A DNA stretch of 64,000 nt from Verrucomicrobiales bacterium (GTDB taxonomy: Bacteria > Verrucomicrobiota > Verrucomicrobiia > Verrucomicrobiales > Akkermansiaceae): positions 1,005 to 65,004 of the forward strand of contig JBBRYQ010000024.1 of the NCBI GenBank assembly GCA_038237425.1. Direction: 5' to 3'. The notes below the pieces were generated by a model, which saw nothing but the letters and a program-made list of their open reading frames with translations, ran no database searches and had not been told where the DNA came from. The position numbers were made by a program, and so were the translations under genes. This document shows, in pieces, positions 9,209-18,509 of this stretch. Numbering within the stretch: the stretch's first letter is position 1; each line of letters opens with the position of its first letter.

Positions 9209-11512
9209 TCAGGGTTGCGAAATCCTGAGGCGGACGAAACGGTTGCTGTCTCCTGCGGGGAGTGTGAGCTTGATGGTTGTTGTGTTAGGGTTTTCCGTCA
9301 TTAGCGTTTCGGGAGAGATTCCAGAGCTGCTCCAGTCTTGGAGGAGCGTGTCCGACCACTCGAGTTGGAATGTGGCCGCGGCATCTTTGCGGCGGGTGTA
9401 GGTGAATTCGAGTGTCGTGCCGGTCTTCGCGAAGATGGGGTCGAACGTATCCGGTTTTTTGGGGTCTAGGTAGAGTGCCCATTCGAGAAGGTTGTTGAGT
9501 CCATCGCCATCTGGATCCGCATTGGGGCCGATCACATTCAGGTCGCTGGAGCCAGGCCAGGCGAGTGTCTGCCAATCGGTGAAAATGGCTGGATTGAGGG
9601 CGGCGGTGACGGCGAGGGTGCGTTCGACCGAGCCGAGGGGACTCGTGGCAGTGAGTTTGAGTAGATAGGTTCCCGAGGTGGGAAAGATCGCGGTGGTGGC
9701 GGGTGATGCGGAGTTCCCGAAAGTCACGGCAGCGGGGCCGGAGATGGATTGCCAAAGTGAGGATGTGGCTCCAGCGGCGTTTCCTAACAATGATTCCGCA
9801 ATGCCTGCGGTGGCGGCAGGCGGAGGACCTGTGGAGACGGTAGGTAGCAGGTTTCCAATGAAGGTGATATTGAGCTGCGGGCGGTCGTCTGGCAGAAGTG
9901 CATCATCGCTGGCGAGGCGGGTGAAGGCAGCCGCATCGGTGGCGGTGGCAGTGGTGAGGATGAGATCGAGTGGTTGACTGGAGTCTCTGGCAGCTTGGGC
10001 GGCGGCGACGAGAGCGGTGGAGCTGGGGAGCGTGCGGATTTCACCGGCAATCGTGGCATCGTAGCCGGGGAGCGTGCTGAGGATGTTGTTTGCAAAATCG
10101 CCCCCCGGAGTGGTCCATAGATCGCTCGCAGTGGTGCCACCCGTCCGGGTGAGCCAGGTGGCTCCGGTGCCAGTGCCGAGGTAGGCGCTGGTGCTATCCG
10201 AAATGCCGTCGCCTTCGGTGGGGGTGGCGGTGAGTTTGCGGAGTTGGAGATCGCCGATGGTGCCGGTGCTGGCGAGGGTCTTGAGATCGAGGGCTACAGC
10301 TTGGATGGTGGAGCCGGGCTGGAGGGGTGTTAGATCAAAGGAAAACAAAGCGCGCATTGCGCCATTGCGGCCAGCGAGAATCTGGTCACGGGCACCTGCA
10401 TTCCAATCTGGATAATCCGAGCGAATGGTGGTGGCGGTGTGGGAGTAGCCGGGGTTTCCCTGGCGCAGGGCGAGAGTGATGGGTGCAGCGACTCCGACAT
10501 CGATGCGGGCGCTGTTAGTTCCGCCTTCGTTGGTGGCGGCGCATTGGAGGGTATAGCTGCCGGGCGCGGAGAACGTGGCGGTGGTTTGGGCGGAGGCGGG
10601 AGTGGAGAATGTCACCGTGCCGGGACCGGCGATGGATGACCATGCGATGGTGGGCGTGCCAGATGGGGCGGTGACGTTTGCGTTCAATTGCAGCGTCTGG
10701 GAGGAGTCGGCGATGCTAACACCGGGTGACGACGGGCTAACGATGCTGACGGTGGGCGCGGGAAAGGGTTCGTAGTAGCGGACGTAGTCGAACTGGGCCT
10801 CGGCCGGGAGTTTGGTATCATCCACGCTCGTCGTTCCACCGAGTGGGGCGGCGATGGAGGTGAGCCAGATGTTCATGTCATCGTGTGGGAACTGGGAGGC
10901 GTCCACCGTCTGCACCACGGCACCGTCGAAGAGGTATCTAACCGTGGTCGGCGTGAACTCACATCCGAAGATATGGAAATCCGCGCTAAGGGAAGGCGTG
11001 GTGACGGGTTTGGTGCCGAAGGTGAGGTGGGGCAATGGCAGGTGGCGGTGAACATTCACTGCGTATTTGAGAGGAGTGACCGAATCATTTTCGATGACGT
11101 CCAACTCGATCGCGACGGTATCGGTGGCAGGACGATTGTATTTCATCATCCAGAACGACGTGTGCCATCCGCCGCCGGGCGGAATTTTCATGCGGGCTTC
11201 GTAGTAGCCGTAGCGGACGAGGTTTTTACTAATCACTCCGCCGGCGGTGTAGTTCACGGTGCCGACGGTTTCTTTTTTCAAATGCAGGTGAAGCAGACCT
11301 CCAGAAACACTGACGTTTTGCGGCTGCTGAGTGCTCCAGTAGCGGGTGTCCGTGCGGTATTGCCACTTTGCGGCGTCGAGCACGGTGCCGTCGAATTCAT
11401 CCTGCCAGGCGAGTTTATAGCCGGGTGGTGCTGCGGCATGGGCGGAAGGGCCAAGGAGCGCGGCGAACAGTGCTACAAGCGGGGCAACCAGGAAATGGGC
11501 TTTTTGAAACAT
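9209..11512 (-). CDS. Secreted modular GH16 protein: GH16 + PKD/Ig-like + DNRLRE-like + shared C-terminal module
   Basis: Signal peptide; WQDEFDG, YGYYEARMK and catalytic ELDVIE (ExDxxE); GARDQILAGRNGAMRALFSFDL (DNRLRE-like); DPDGDGLNNLLEWAL; ends RFVRLRISQP. Confidence 0.85.
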   Translation of the reverse strand: MFQKAHFLVAPLVALFAALLGPSAHAAAPPGYKLAWQDEFDGTVLDAAKWQYRTDTRYWSTQQPQNVSVSGGLLHLHLKKETVGTVNYTAGGVISKNLVRYGYYEARMKIPPGGGWHTSFWMMKYNRPATDTVAIELDVIENDSVTPLKYAVNVHRHLPLPHLTFGTKPVTTPSLSADFHIFGCEFTPTTVRYLFDGAVVQTVDASQFPHDDMNIWLTSIAAPLGGTTSVDDTKLPAEAQFDYVRYYEPFPAPTVSIVSPSSPGVSIADSSQTLQLNANVTAPSGTPTIAWSSIAGPGTVTFSTPASAQTTATFSAPGSYTLQCAATNEGGTNSARIDVGVAAPITLALRQGNPGYSHTATTIRSDYPDWNAGARDQILAGRNGAMRALFSFDLTPLQPGSTIQAVALDLKTLASTGTIGDLQLRKLTATPTEGDGISDSTSAYLGTGTGATWLTRTGGTTASDLWTTPGGDFANNILSTLPGYDATIAGEIRTLPSSTALVAAAQAARDSSQPLDLILTTATATDAAAFTRLASDDALLPDDRPQLNITFIGNLLPTVSTGPPPAATAGIAESLLGNAAGATSSLWQSISGPAAVTFGNSASPATTAIFPTSGTYLLKLTATSPLGSVERTLAVTAALNPAIFTDWQTLAWPGSSDLNVIGPNADPDGDGLNNLLEWALYLDPKKPDTFDPIFAKTGTTLEFTYTRRKDAAATFQLEWSDTLLQDWSSSGISPETLMTENPNTTTIKLTLPAGDSNRFVRLRISQP

Positions 11513-11521
11513 ACAAAAATA

Positions 11522-14500
11522 TCACTGGGATAGATGCAGACGGAGGAATCTCTTACCACTGGAACTCATCGGAATGGTTTGGCGAATGGTTTCTGTGGTG
11601 GTGGTCTGAGAAAGAATATTTTCACTGCTAACGGATTCCGTGGACCAGTCATCGGCGAGTGTGTCCGACCATTCGAGTTGAAAGGTGGCCTCACCCGCTG
11701 CGACTTTTCGGCGAGTGTAGATGTATTCCAGAAGTCCGCCGTTGAGGGTGAGCACCGGGGTGAAGGTGCCGGCGGTGGTGGCGTCGAGATGGAGTGCCCA
11801 TTCGAGTAGGTTGGTGAGACCGTCCGCATCGGGGTCCCGGTCCGGGTCGATGATGGCGGGATCGGTGATGCCGGGCCAAGTGAGTGCCTGCCACTCGGCG
11901 AAAAATGCAGGGTTGAGGGCAGCGGTGATGGCGAGGGTGCGGGAGGTTTCGCCGTTGGTGTTAGATGCGGTGAGTTTCAGAACGTAGTTACCAGGTTGAT
12001 CGAAGGTGACGGTGGTGGCGGGTGATGCCGGATTTCCAAAAGTGGCGGAGCCGGGGCCGGAGATGAGCGACCAGTTAGAGGAAACGGCACCCGTGGTGGC
12101 GGCGGATAGATTGGCCGGTTCGCCGTGAATGGCGGCAGGAGAAGCGCCCGGGTTGATGGTGGGCGCGGGGTTGGCGATCCAGGTGAGAGTGAGGCGCGGA
12201 CGCAGGGCGGCGGTAGGGTGGTCGTCGGATGCGAGACGGGTGAAGTTTGCGGCCGCACCACTCTCGGTGAGCGGGGAGAGCAGTATCAGGTTGAGCGGCT
12301 GCCCGGAGCTGATAGAGGATTGGGTTGCTGCGAGAAAAGCGGCGGTGGAGGAGAAGGTTTTGAGTGAACTGAGCGTGGTGGCATTGAAGCCGGGGACGGT
12401 GGAGAGGACTGTGGAGCTATAATCGCCGCCTGTTGTAGTCCATGGCAGTGTTTGGGTGCGGTTGATCCAAGTCGCTCCGGTGCCGGCTCCATTGGCCGTA
12501 TCCGTGCTACTATTTCCTGTTCCTTCGACAGGTGTTGCGTTGAGTGCGCGGAGTTCGAGCGGGGAGACGGTGCCGGTGCCGGCTTGGGAGTCATGGGTCC
12601 AAAGATCGAGCGTGATGCCGGTAAGGGTGGCGCTGGACGGAACGCCGGTGAGCGGAAACGAAAAGACGCTGCGGAACAGATTTCCAGCGGTGTCCTTTCG
12701 TCCAATAAGTATCAAATCGCGCGCTCCAGAGTTCCAAGTCGTCGTATCATTGCGGAGGAAGGTGGCGTCGTGGCTGTAGCCGTTTTCGCCTTGGCGGAAC
12801 GTGGTAGATGCGGGCGTGGCGACGCTGATACTGATATCCGCCGTCGCGGTGCCTCCGGCGGTGGTGACTGAGCAACGAAGTAGATAGGCACCCGGAATGG
12901 AGAATATGGCGGTGGTATCCGCTGCGCTTGGATCGGCGATGGTGGTGGTGCCGGGGCCGCTCACTTGGGTCCAGAGGAAAACGGGAACTCCGGGGACACC
13001 GTGGGTGTTAGGAGTGGCGGTGAGGCGGAGGGTATGGCTAGTGTCTGCTAGAAAAACCGGCGCGGGGGGATTGGTGATTGCGAGGTCGGGGAGTGGCAGG
13101 ACTGCGGGGAAAACCGTATCGGTGAATTCGGAAAACGTTTGGGCATTGGCGTTGGTGGCGGTGAGGCGGAGCGTGTAATCGCCGGGTTGGTCGAAGCTGA
13201 CGGTGGTGGCGGGCTGCGAGGCGTTGCTGAAAACGACATTGCCGGGGCCGCTGATTTTCGTCCAAGCAGCGGTGGGCGCAGGGCCGGCCTCGACCGTGAC
13301 GCTTCCTGATAGAGAGACGGTGGTGTTGACGATCGCAGCGGGCGGGGTGCCAGCGGAAACGGTGGGGGCGAAGGTGCCGGTTTCGTTGTCGATGGCAGTG
13401 ATTTCGGCAGCGCTCAATGCGCGGCGGAGGAAGCGGACTTCGTCGATCAGGCCGTCGAAGATGGTGCCGCCTGGGGCGAGCACGCCGATGGTGAGTGGCG
13501 CGGTGTAATTCGGGATGGAGGTGCTGGTTTCCGGGGCGGTTTTGTCGAGCACGCCATTGACATAGAGTTTCGCACGCTCCGCTTCGACAAGGCTGCCGTT
13601 GAAGACGAGGGCGATGTGATACCAGGCCCCGGGATTGAAGGTGGTAGTGCTGGTGAAACGGTTGTTGTTCGAGTTGATATCAACATACAATTTTCCATCG
13701 AGGCCGAGGAAGGTGCCGTAGGAGTTATTGTCGCTGGGGCCGATGCGTTTGGCGACGAGGCCGGTGTTGTTGCCGAGGGTGTTAGCGTAGAACCAATAGG
13801 AGAGGGTGAAGGCGGCGGTGTTGTCTAACGTTGAGTTGTCCGGAACGGTGAGATAGGAATCCGTGCCATTGAATGAGGCGGCACCGGTGAGTGCGCCGCC
13901 ATTCGGTTGCCAGGCGAGTGCGCCGGTGGCATTGGCATTCAGGTTGTTTCCCGAGCTGTCGGTGGCGGTGGTGCCGGAGGATTCGTCGAGTTTCAGGCGA
14001 AGTGCGCGAGTGGAATCCGCAGCAGCAGTGGGCGCGATGTTGATGGTGTGATCATCGCTTCCGGTGCCCGCAGCGGTGGTGGCGGAGCAGCGGAGGATGT
14101 AAGTGCCCGCAGCGGAAAAAGTGGCGGAGGTGTCTGCTAGAGTGGCGTTGGCAAAGGTGACGGTGCCGGGGCCGCTGACCTTGCTCCATGCGATGGTGGA
14201 CGTGCCCGAACCGGCGATGGTGGCGGTGAGACGGAGGCTCTGGCCGTTGTTTGAAAGCGTGACGCCCTCGGCGGGTGAGGTGATGAGCACGTCCGGGACG
14301 GCGGCGGTGACAGTGACGTTGTCGAGAGCGATTTCTGCTAGGCTGCTGGTATCTCCGGAGCAGGCGGGGATGCCAATCAGGGCTGCGGTGGTCATGGCGA
14401 TCGTTTGCGGCGAGCCGACGCGTGACCAGGCCAGTCCATCGACAGAGCGGTAGGCGGTGAAGATATTGCCGCGGCGGGTAAGGCGAAGCCATGGGGGATC

Positions 14501-16519
14501 CGTGATGTCGCGTGCGGTGGTGGCACTGGAGGCGGTGCCGTTAGTCGTGGAGCGGTAGGTGAAATCTGCGAGTTTGTTGACCGGACCCCAAGTGATGGAG
14601 GCGCTGCGTGCGCCGGTGGCGGTGGATTCGCGGATCATCAGCCCGGCTTTCGCGTTGTAGGCGGTGGGGTCCACGGCGAGGATGCGGGCGGTAATCGTGG
14701 CGTCTCCGGTGATCGATTGGTTAAGGAAATGCGTTTGGTCGGCGGTTCCAGTTAGATTGGAGCCCGATGCTTGCATTACGAATTTTCCGCCGCTGCGGCC
14801 GGCTGTGCCGGAGAAAGATGTGGTGCCGATATCCTGGCTGACCCATGGCGCGGCGAGTGGTTGGAAGAGAAAGAACGAATCGGCATAGGAGGTCTGCGCT
14901 GAGCTGCCACGGAAGGCGAAGATGGACGCGGAGGTGTTAGCGGCTCCGGTGGTGAAATTGACGGTGGCGCGAGTCCATGTATTAGAATTTACGGTGCTGG
15001 TGACTTGGGCTGCTCCGTGGTTTTTTACGCCGAAGGTGAGGCCGGCATTGCCATTGGTGGTCCAGCCGGTGAGGCGGTAGGCGGTGCTTGGGGAGAGACC
15101 GACGACTTCCTGTTCGACACCGGCGCTGGAGCCACTTGCTGGGATTTTCCATGCGTATTCGCCGCCATAATTGTTGCCGTCTTGCGAAATCGTGGCGCCG
15201 CCATAGGTGGAGTTCCAGGCATCGGGCTGGGCGCTTTCGAGTTGGCCGTTATTGGCGGTGGCGTGGCGGCGGAGCAGGAAATCGTCGGCGTAGGCGGTGG
15301 AGCCTGAGTTGGTGGATCGGGCGAAAACTGAGGCCGTGCGGTTGGTGGGGCCGGTGGTAAAAGCGGTGGTGCCTTTGGCGAAGGAGGCGGTGGTGAGGGT
15401 TTCTGAAACCTCGCTGCCGCCATAGCTGTTAGCGCCGATCTTGAGCGCTGGCGAGGTGGTGCCGGCATTACCCCAGGCAGTGACGGTGTAGCCGGTGTCC
15501 GGCATCAGGCCGCGCACGGTCTGTTGGACGGAGGCTCCGGCGGAGGTGGTGGGGGCGAGTTTCGCGGCGGCGGGATCTGTACGGCCGCCGGTGGCGGACC
15601 AGCTTGCTTGGTTGGTGCTGCCGAATGGGCTGAGTCTGCCCTCGAAGTCGCCGTTGACCACGGTTTCGGCGCGCTGATAGACGCGGACGTAATCGACCTC
15701 CATCTTGGTGGTCGTAGTCGCGAGCGTGCCGTAACCTCCCACTGGAACCGCGCTCGACCAACCGCCGTTCTCCACCTCGCTGCTGAAGATGATGAACTCG
15801 CTGCGCTGCGAGACGGGCGAGCCGGTGGCATTATTGATCGTCCAGCGAAGGTTGCCGTCGATGTAGAATTTCTGTTGGGTGGGAGTCCACTCCATGCCGT
15901 AGATGTGGAAGCCGGTGCCGAGGCCGAGGTTTCCGGAATCGTAGCCGTAGCTCTTGTGATCCACGCCGTAGCCGTCCCAGTGGATCACTCCGCCGATGTT
16001 GCCGTCGCGGTTCACAGCGCTGCCATCCACTTTGCGGTGTTCGCAGATGTCGATCTCAGTGCCGGCTGAGTTTGGCGAGCCGATTGGGTTTCCCATGGTG
16101 TCCGACTGCATCCAGAAGGCGGACCACATGCCGGGATTGCTGTCGTAGTTGATGCGAGCCTCGATGTAACCGTAGGTGTATTGATAGGTATTCTGAGTCG
16201 AAATCATCCCCGTGTAGTGGGTGCCGCCGTTGGTGTAGGTGGAAATGATGAGATTTCCGCCGGAGACGGCAACGGCGCTGGGCGAGTTCACGGCATCGCG
16301 GCGAGTTCCAAGCAGCCAATGCCGCCACTTCGCGGTGTCCATGGTGGTGCCGGTGAATTCGTCATTCCAAGCGAGACGCCAGCCAGCACCGGAGGGAGGC
16401 GCGGCGTGGGTGGGAAGGCAGGTGAGAACAAGGAGAACGCAGCAGATGGCGACCGCAAATCCAATGCCGGTCTGGCATCGCCTGATCAACAGGATTCTCG
16501 GTAGCGCGTGGCGTGGCAT
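11522..16519 (-). CDS. 1665-aa secreted modular GH16 protein: GH16 + 2 CBM4/9-like + beta-sandwich + PKD-like + LamG + DNRLRE-like + shared C-terminal module
   Basis: Motifs WNDEFTG, YGYIEARI and EIDICE; two NGDFE/NGQLE-type CBM repeats; LamG (FTLSYWF...WYHIALVF...FDGLIDEVRF); DPDADGLTNLLEWAL; ends RFLRLHLSQ. Confidence 0.85.
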   Translation of the reverse strand: MPRHALPRILLIRRCQTGIGFAVAICCVLLVLTCLPTHAAPPSGAGWRLAWNDEFTGTTMDTAKWRHWLLGTRRDAVNSPSAVAVSGGNLIISTYTNGGTHYTGMISTQNTYQYTYGYIEARINYDSNPGMWSAFWMQSDTMGNPIGSPNSAGTEIDICEHRKVDGSAVNRDGNIGGVIHWDGYGVDHKSYGYDSGNLGLGTGFHIYGMEWTPTQQKFYIDGNLRWTINNATGSPVSQRSEFIIFSSEVENGGWSSAVPVGGYGTLATTTTKMEVDYVRVYQRAETVVNGDFEGRLSPFGSTNQASWSATGGRTDPAAAKLAPTTSAGASVQQTVRGLMPDTGYTVTAWGNAGTTSPALKIGANSYGGSEVSETLTTASFAKGTTAFTTGPTNRTASVFARSTNSGSTAYADDFLLRRHATANNGQLESAQPDAWNSTYGGATISQDGNNYGGEYAWKIPASGSSAGVEQEVVGLSPSTAYRLTGWTTNGNAGLTFGVKNHGAAQVTSTVNSNTWTRATVNFTTGAANTSASIFAFRGSSAQTSYADSFFLFQPLAAPWVSQDIGTTSFSGTAGRSGGKFVMQASGSNLTGTADQTHFLNQSITGDATITARILAVDPTAYNAKAGLMIRESTATGARSASITWGPVNKLADFTYRSTTNGTASSATTARDITDPPWLRLTRRGNIFTAYRSVDGLAWSRVGSPQTIAMTTAALIGIPACSGDTSSLAEIALDNVTVTAAVPDVLITSPAEGVTLSNNGQSLRLTATIAGSGTSTIAWSKVSGPGTVTFANATLADTSATFSAAGTYILRCSATTAAGTGSDDHTINIAPTAAADSTRALRLKLDESSGTTATDSSGNNLNANATGALAWQPNGGALTGAASFNGTDSYLTVPDNSTLDNTAAFTLSYWFYANTLGNNTGLVAKRIGPSDNNSYGTFLGLDGKLYVDINSNNNRFTSTTTFNPGAWYHIALVFNGSLVEAERAKLYVNGVLDKTAPETSTSIPNYTAPLTIGVLAPGGTIFDGLIDEVRFLRRALSAAEITAIDNETGTFAPTVSAGTPPAAIVNTTVSLSGSVTVEAGPAPTAAWTKISGPGNVVFSNASQPATTVSFDQPGDYTLRLTATNANAQTFSEFTDTVFPAVLPLPDLAITNPPAPVFLADTSHTLRLTATPNTHGVPGVPVFLWTQVSGPGTTTIADPSAADTTAIFSIPGAYLLRCSVTTAGGTATADISISVATPASTTFRQGENGYSHDATFLRNDTTTWNSGARDLILIGRKDTAGNLFRSVFSFPLTGVPSSATLTGITLDLWTHDSQAGTGTVSPLELRALNATPVEGTGNSSTDTANGAGTGATWINRTQTLPWTTTGGDYSSTVLSTVPGFNATTLSSLKTFSSTAAFLAATQSSISSGQPLNLILLSPLTESGAAANFTRLASDDHPTAALRPRLTLTWIANPAPTINPGASPAAIHGEPANLSAATTGAVSSNWSLISGPGSATFGNPASPATTVTFDQPGNYVLKLTASNTNGETSRTLAITAALNPAFFAEWQALTWPGITDPAIIDPDRDPDADGLTNLLEWALHLDATTAGTFTPVLTLNGGLLEYIYTRRKVAAGEATFQLEWSDTLADDWSTESVSSENILSQTTTTETIRQTIPMSSSGKRFLRLHLSQ

Positions 16520-16721
16520 AGTTGGGTGAGTTTAAAATGCATTGGATACGGAACATCAAGAATCCAAGGACTGGCGGTGGCAAGGTGTAAAAATTGACGG
16601 AGGGTCATGCAGTGCGGGTGTGGATTTACGCAAAATTTGAAGTTTCACGTGGTATCAGTCGAAGCATAACAAAAGTGAAATCCACCCTACAGCAAAGATG
16701 TTTTGAGTTTAGGCTCGTGAT

Positions 16722-17465
16722 TCACCACAATACTTTTAGCGAGCCTGTTGTGTAACGTGCTTTCATTTTTGCCTTGGGAACCCATTCTGCATGACCGTCC
16801 AGATACATTTCGTTGAGACCAAGCGGCTCACCGTTTTGCATGATTGCCGCTACTCGGGGAGATCCTGTATAGTCACGGCAAAGTCCGGACCAAAGAACTG
16901 GATACCACGCGTCGTCTGTGATCGTGCGAGCGAAGGCTTTCGTGGGATCTTTGATGATATCTTCATAAGGGGTCGCGCCACGATATTCGCTTTTAGAGGG
17001 CGGAGTCACACTGCCCTTGAGAAACCAGGCATTGGTCTTCACGGCGGCATCATTGGCATAGTAAACGTAGTGGGTAGGAGTCGAATCTTCGAATTTATAC
17101 CACCATTCATAGCCGGGTGCTCCGCCGTAGATGTTCCGGGTTGGGGCATAACAACTTTCCTTGGTGATCCCGTAAGCTTCGAGTGTTTTCTTGTCCTGTA
17201 GGTAGTAGGGAGCGGCATTGTTCGGGTGAATCGTGGGGAGGCGGCCCGTATTATCGCTTGCAGCGGCCGTCACCGCAGCGGAGAGGCTGCGGAGCTGCTG
17301 CATATCCGCGACCTTGCTGGCGTTGATTTGAATGGATCTCGATGTAGTGAAGGCTAATGAGGCTAAAACGATGATGATGGTAATGGTGACCAGCAGCTCG
17401 ACCAAAGTGAACCCACCGCATCTGAAGGTGGCGGCGGCAATGGGTGCGTTACTTTTGCGGTTCAT
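16722..17465 (-). CDS. Prepilin-type N-terminal cleavage/methylation domain protein (PVC-type)
   Basis: Start reassigned to ATG 17465: MNRKSNAPIAAATFRCGG|FTLVELLVTITIIIVLASL (class III signal). C-terminal NEMYLDGHAEW resembles the DG motif of these proteins. Confidence 0.85.
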   Translation of the reverse strand: MNRKSNAPIAAATFRCGGFTLVELLVTITIIIVLASLAFTTSRSIQINASKVADMQQLRSLSAAVTAAASDNTGRLPTIHPNNAAPYYLQDKKTLEAYGITKESCYAPTRNIYGGAPGYEWWYKFEDSTPTHYVYYANDAAVKTNAWFLKGSVTPPSKSEYRGATPYEDIIKDPTKAFARTITDDAWYPVLWSGLCRDYTGSPRVAAIMQNGEPLGLNEMYLDGHAEWVPKAKMKARYTTGSLKVLW

Positions 17466-17813
17466 CCGAAGTGGGTTGGCAGATTGGGAGTTCACGGTGG
17501 GTTTGGTTGGTATGTGGATAGCTGCTGCATTGAGGATCTGGCGGAGAAGGGGCTCAATAGCTCCTTGGCCACCGTAAGGTAGCGCAATAATCGTCCTGAA
17601 ATCTTCAATAATGCGCATTAAACCATTGATTTTGCGCATTGTCAGGGCAGGCCACGACTGAACAGACCGAATGCCGGATGAAAACGAGCCGAAATGCGCG
17701 GTGTTATTGAAAGGAGCTCCCCGTCTCCCGATTGACTGGCCGAGGAACTTGAAATTCATAATGTTTAACAAATTACACAAAAATAGCCCTCTTCGTCCAG
17801 AGTATCATACATT

Positions 17814-18140
17814 ATGGGGCGAGAAACCAACTGGCTACTTTCCAAGCACGAGCGTCTCCTCGCCGAGTTGGGAGAGAATCTCAGGCTGGCGCGGCTGCGG
17901 CGAAAGCTGAATGCCGAACAGGTGGCGGAGCGGGCGGGCGTCAGCCGTTCCACTCTCCATCTCATGGAAAACGGATCTGCCGGTTCTTCATTGGGCAAGC
18001 TCGTGCAGGTTTTGGCGGTGCTCGGTCTGGTGGCGGATCTTTCCCGGATCGCGACCGACGATGTTCTTGGCCGCAAGCTGGAAGATGCTCGTCTCACTGA
18101 AACCCGGCGACGGGCCCCCCCAAAGAAATTCAAAGAATGA
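17814..18140 (+). CDS. XRE-family HTH protein, probable antitoxin of a HipA-type module
   Basis: LGENLRLARLRRKLNAEQVAERAGVSRSTLHLMENG is an XRE HTH. Its stop overlaps (ATGA) the start of the HipA-like remnant. Confidence 0.85.
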   Translation: MGRETNWLLSKHERLLAELGENLRLARLRRKLNAEQVAERAGVSRSTLHLMENGSAGSSLGKLVQVLAVLGLVADLSRIATDDVLGRKLEDARLTETRRRAPPKKFKE

Positions 18141-18501
18141 GCAGGGAAATTGAAGTATGGGCCGACTGGCAGGAACCTGGTTCTCCGTTCACAACACAGA
18201 CGATCATCTTCGCAATCACGGATTCTTACTTACAGAAAATGGTTGGCGTCTCTCTCCCGCTTACGACGTGAATCCGGATACTGAGGGTGCCGGACTGAGC
18301 CTCAACATTTCGGAAACCGACAACGCCTTGAGCTTCGATTTGGCGCTGGAGGTCGCGCCCTACTTCAGGCTCAAGCTGAAAGTGGCGGAGGAGATTCTGC
18401 GAGATGTTAGGGCTGCCATAGGTAACTGGAAACAACATGCAAGCACTCTCGGAATCGCCCGCGCCGAGCAGGAAATCATGGCGGCGGCCTTCATGGTGTG
18501 A
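18137..18501 (+). pseudogene. hipA: HipA-family toxin gene with a large internal deletion and frameshift
   Basis: ATG 18137 gives MSREIEVWADWQEPG, resembling a HipA-family N-terminus, and that frame stops at 18271. Another frame gives VHNTDDHLRNHGFLL...WRLSPAYDVNP, the HipA catalytic C-terminus. The intervening sequence is missing. Confidence 0.8.
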
Positions 18502-18509
18502 GTGAGGGA

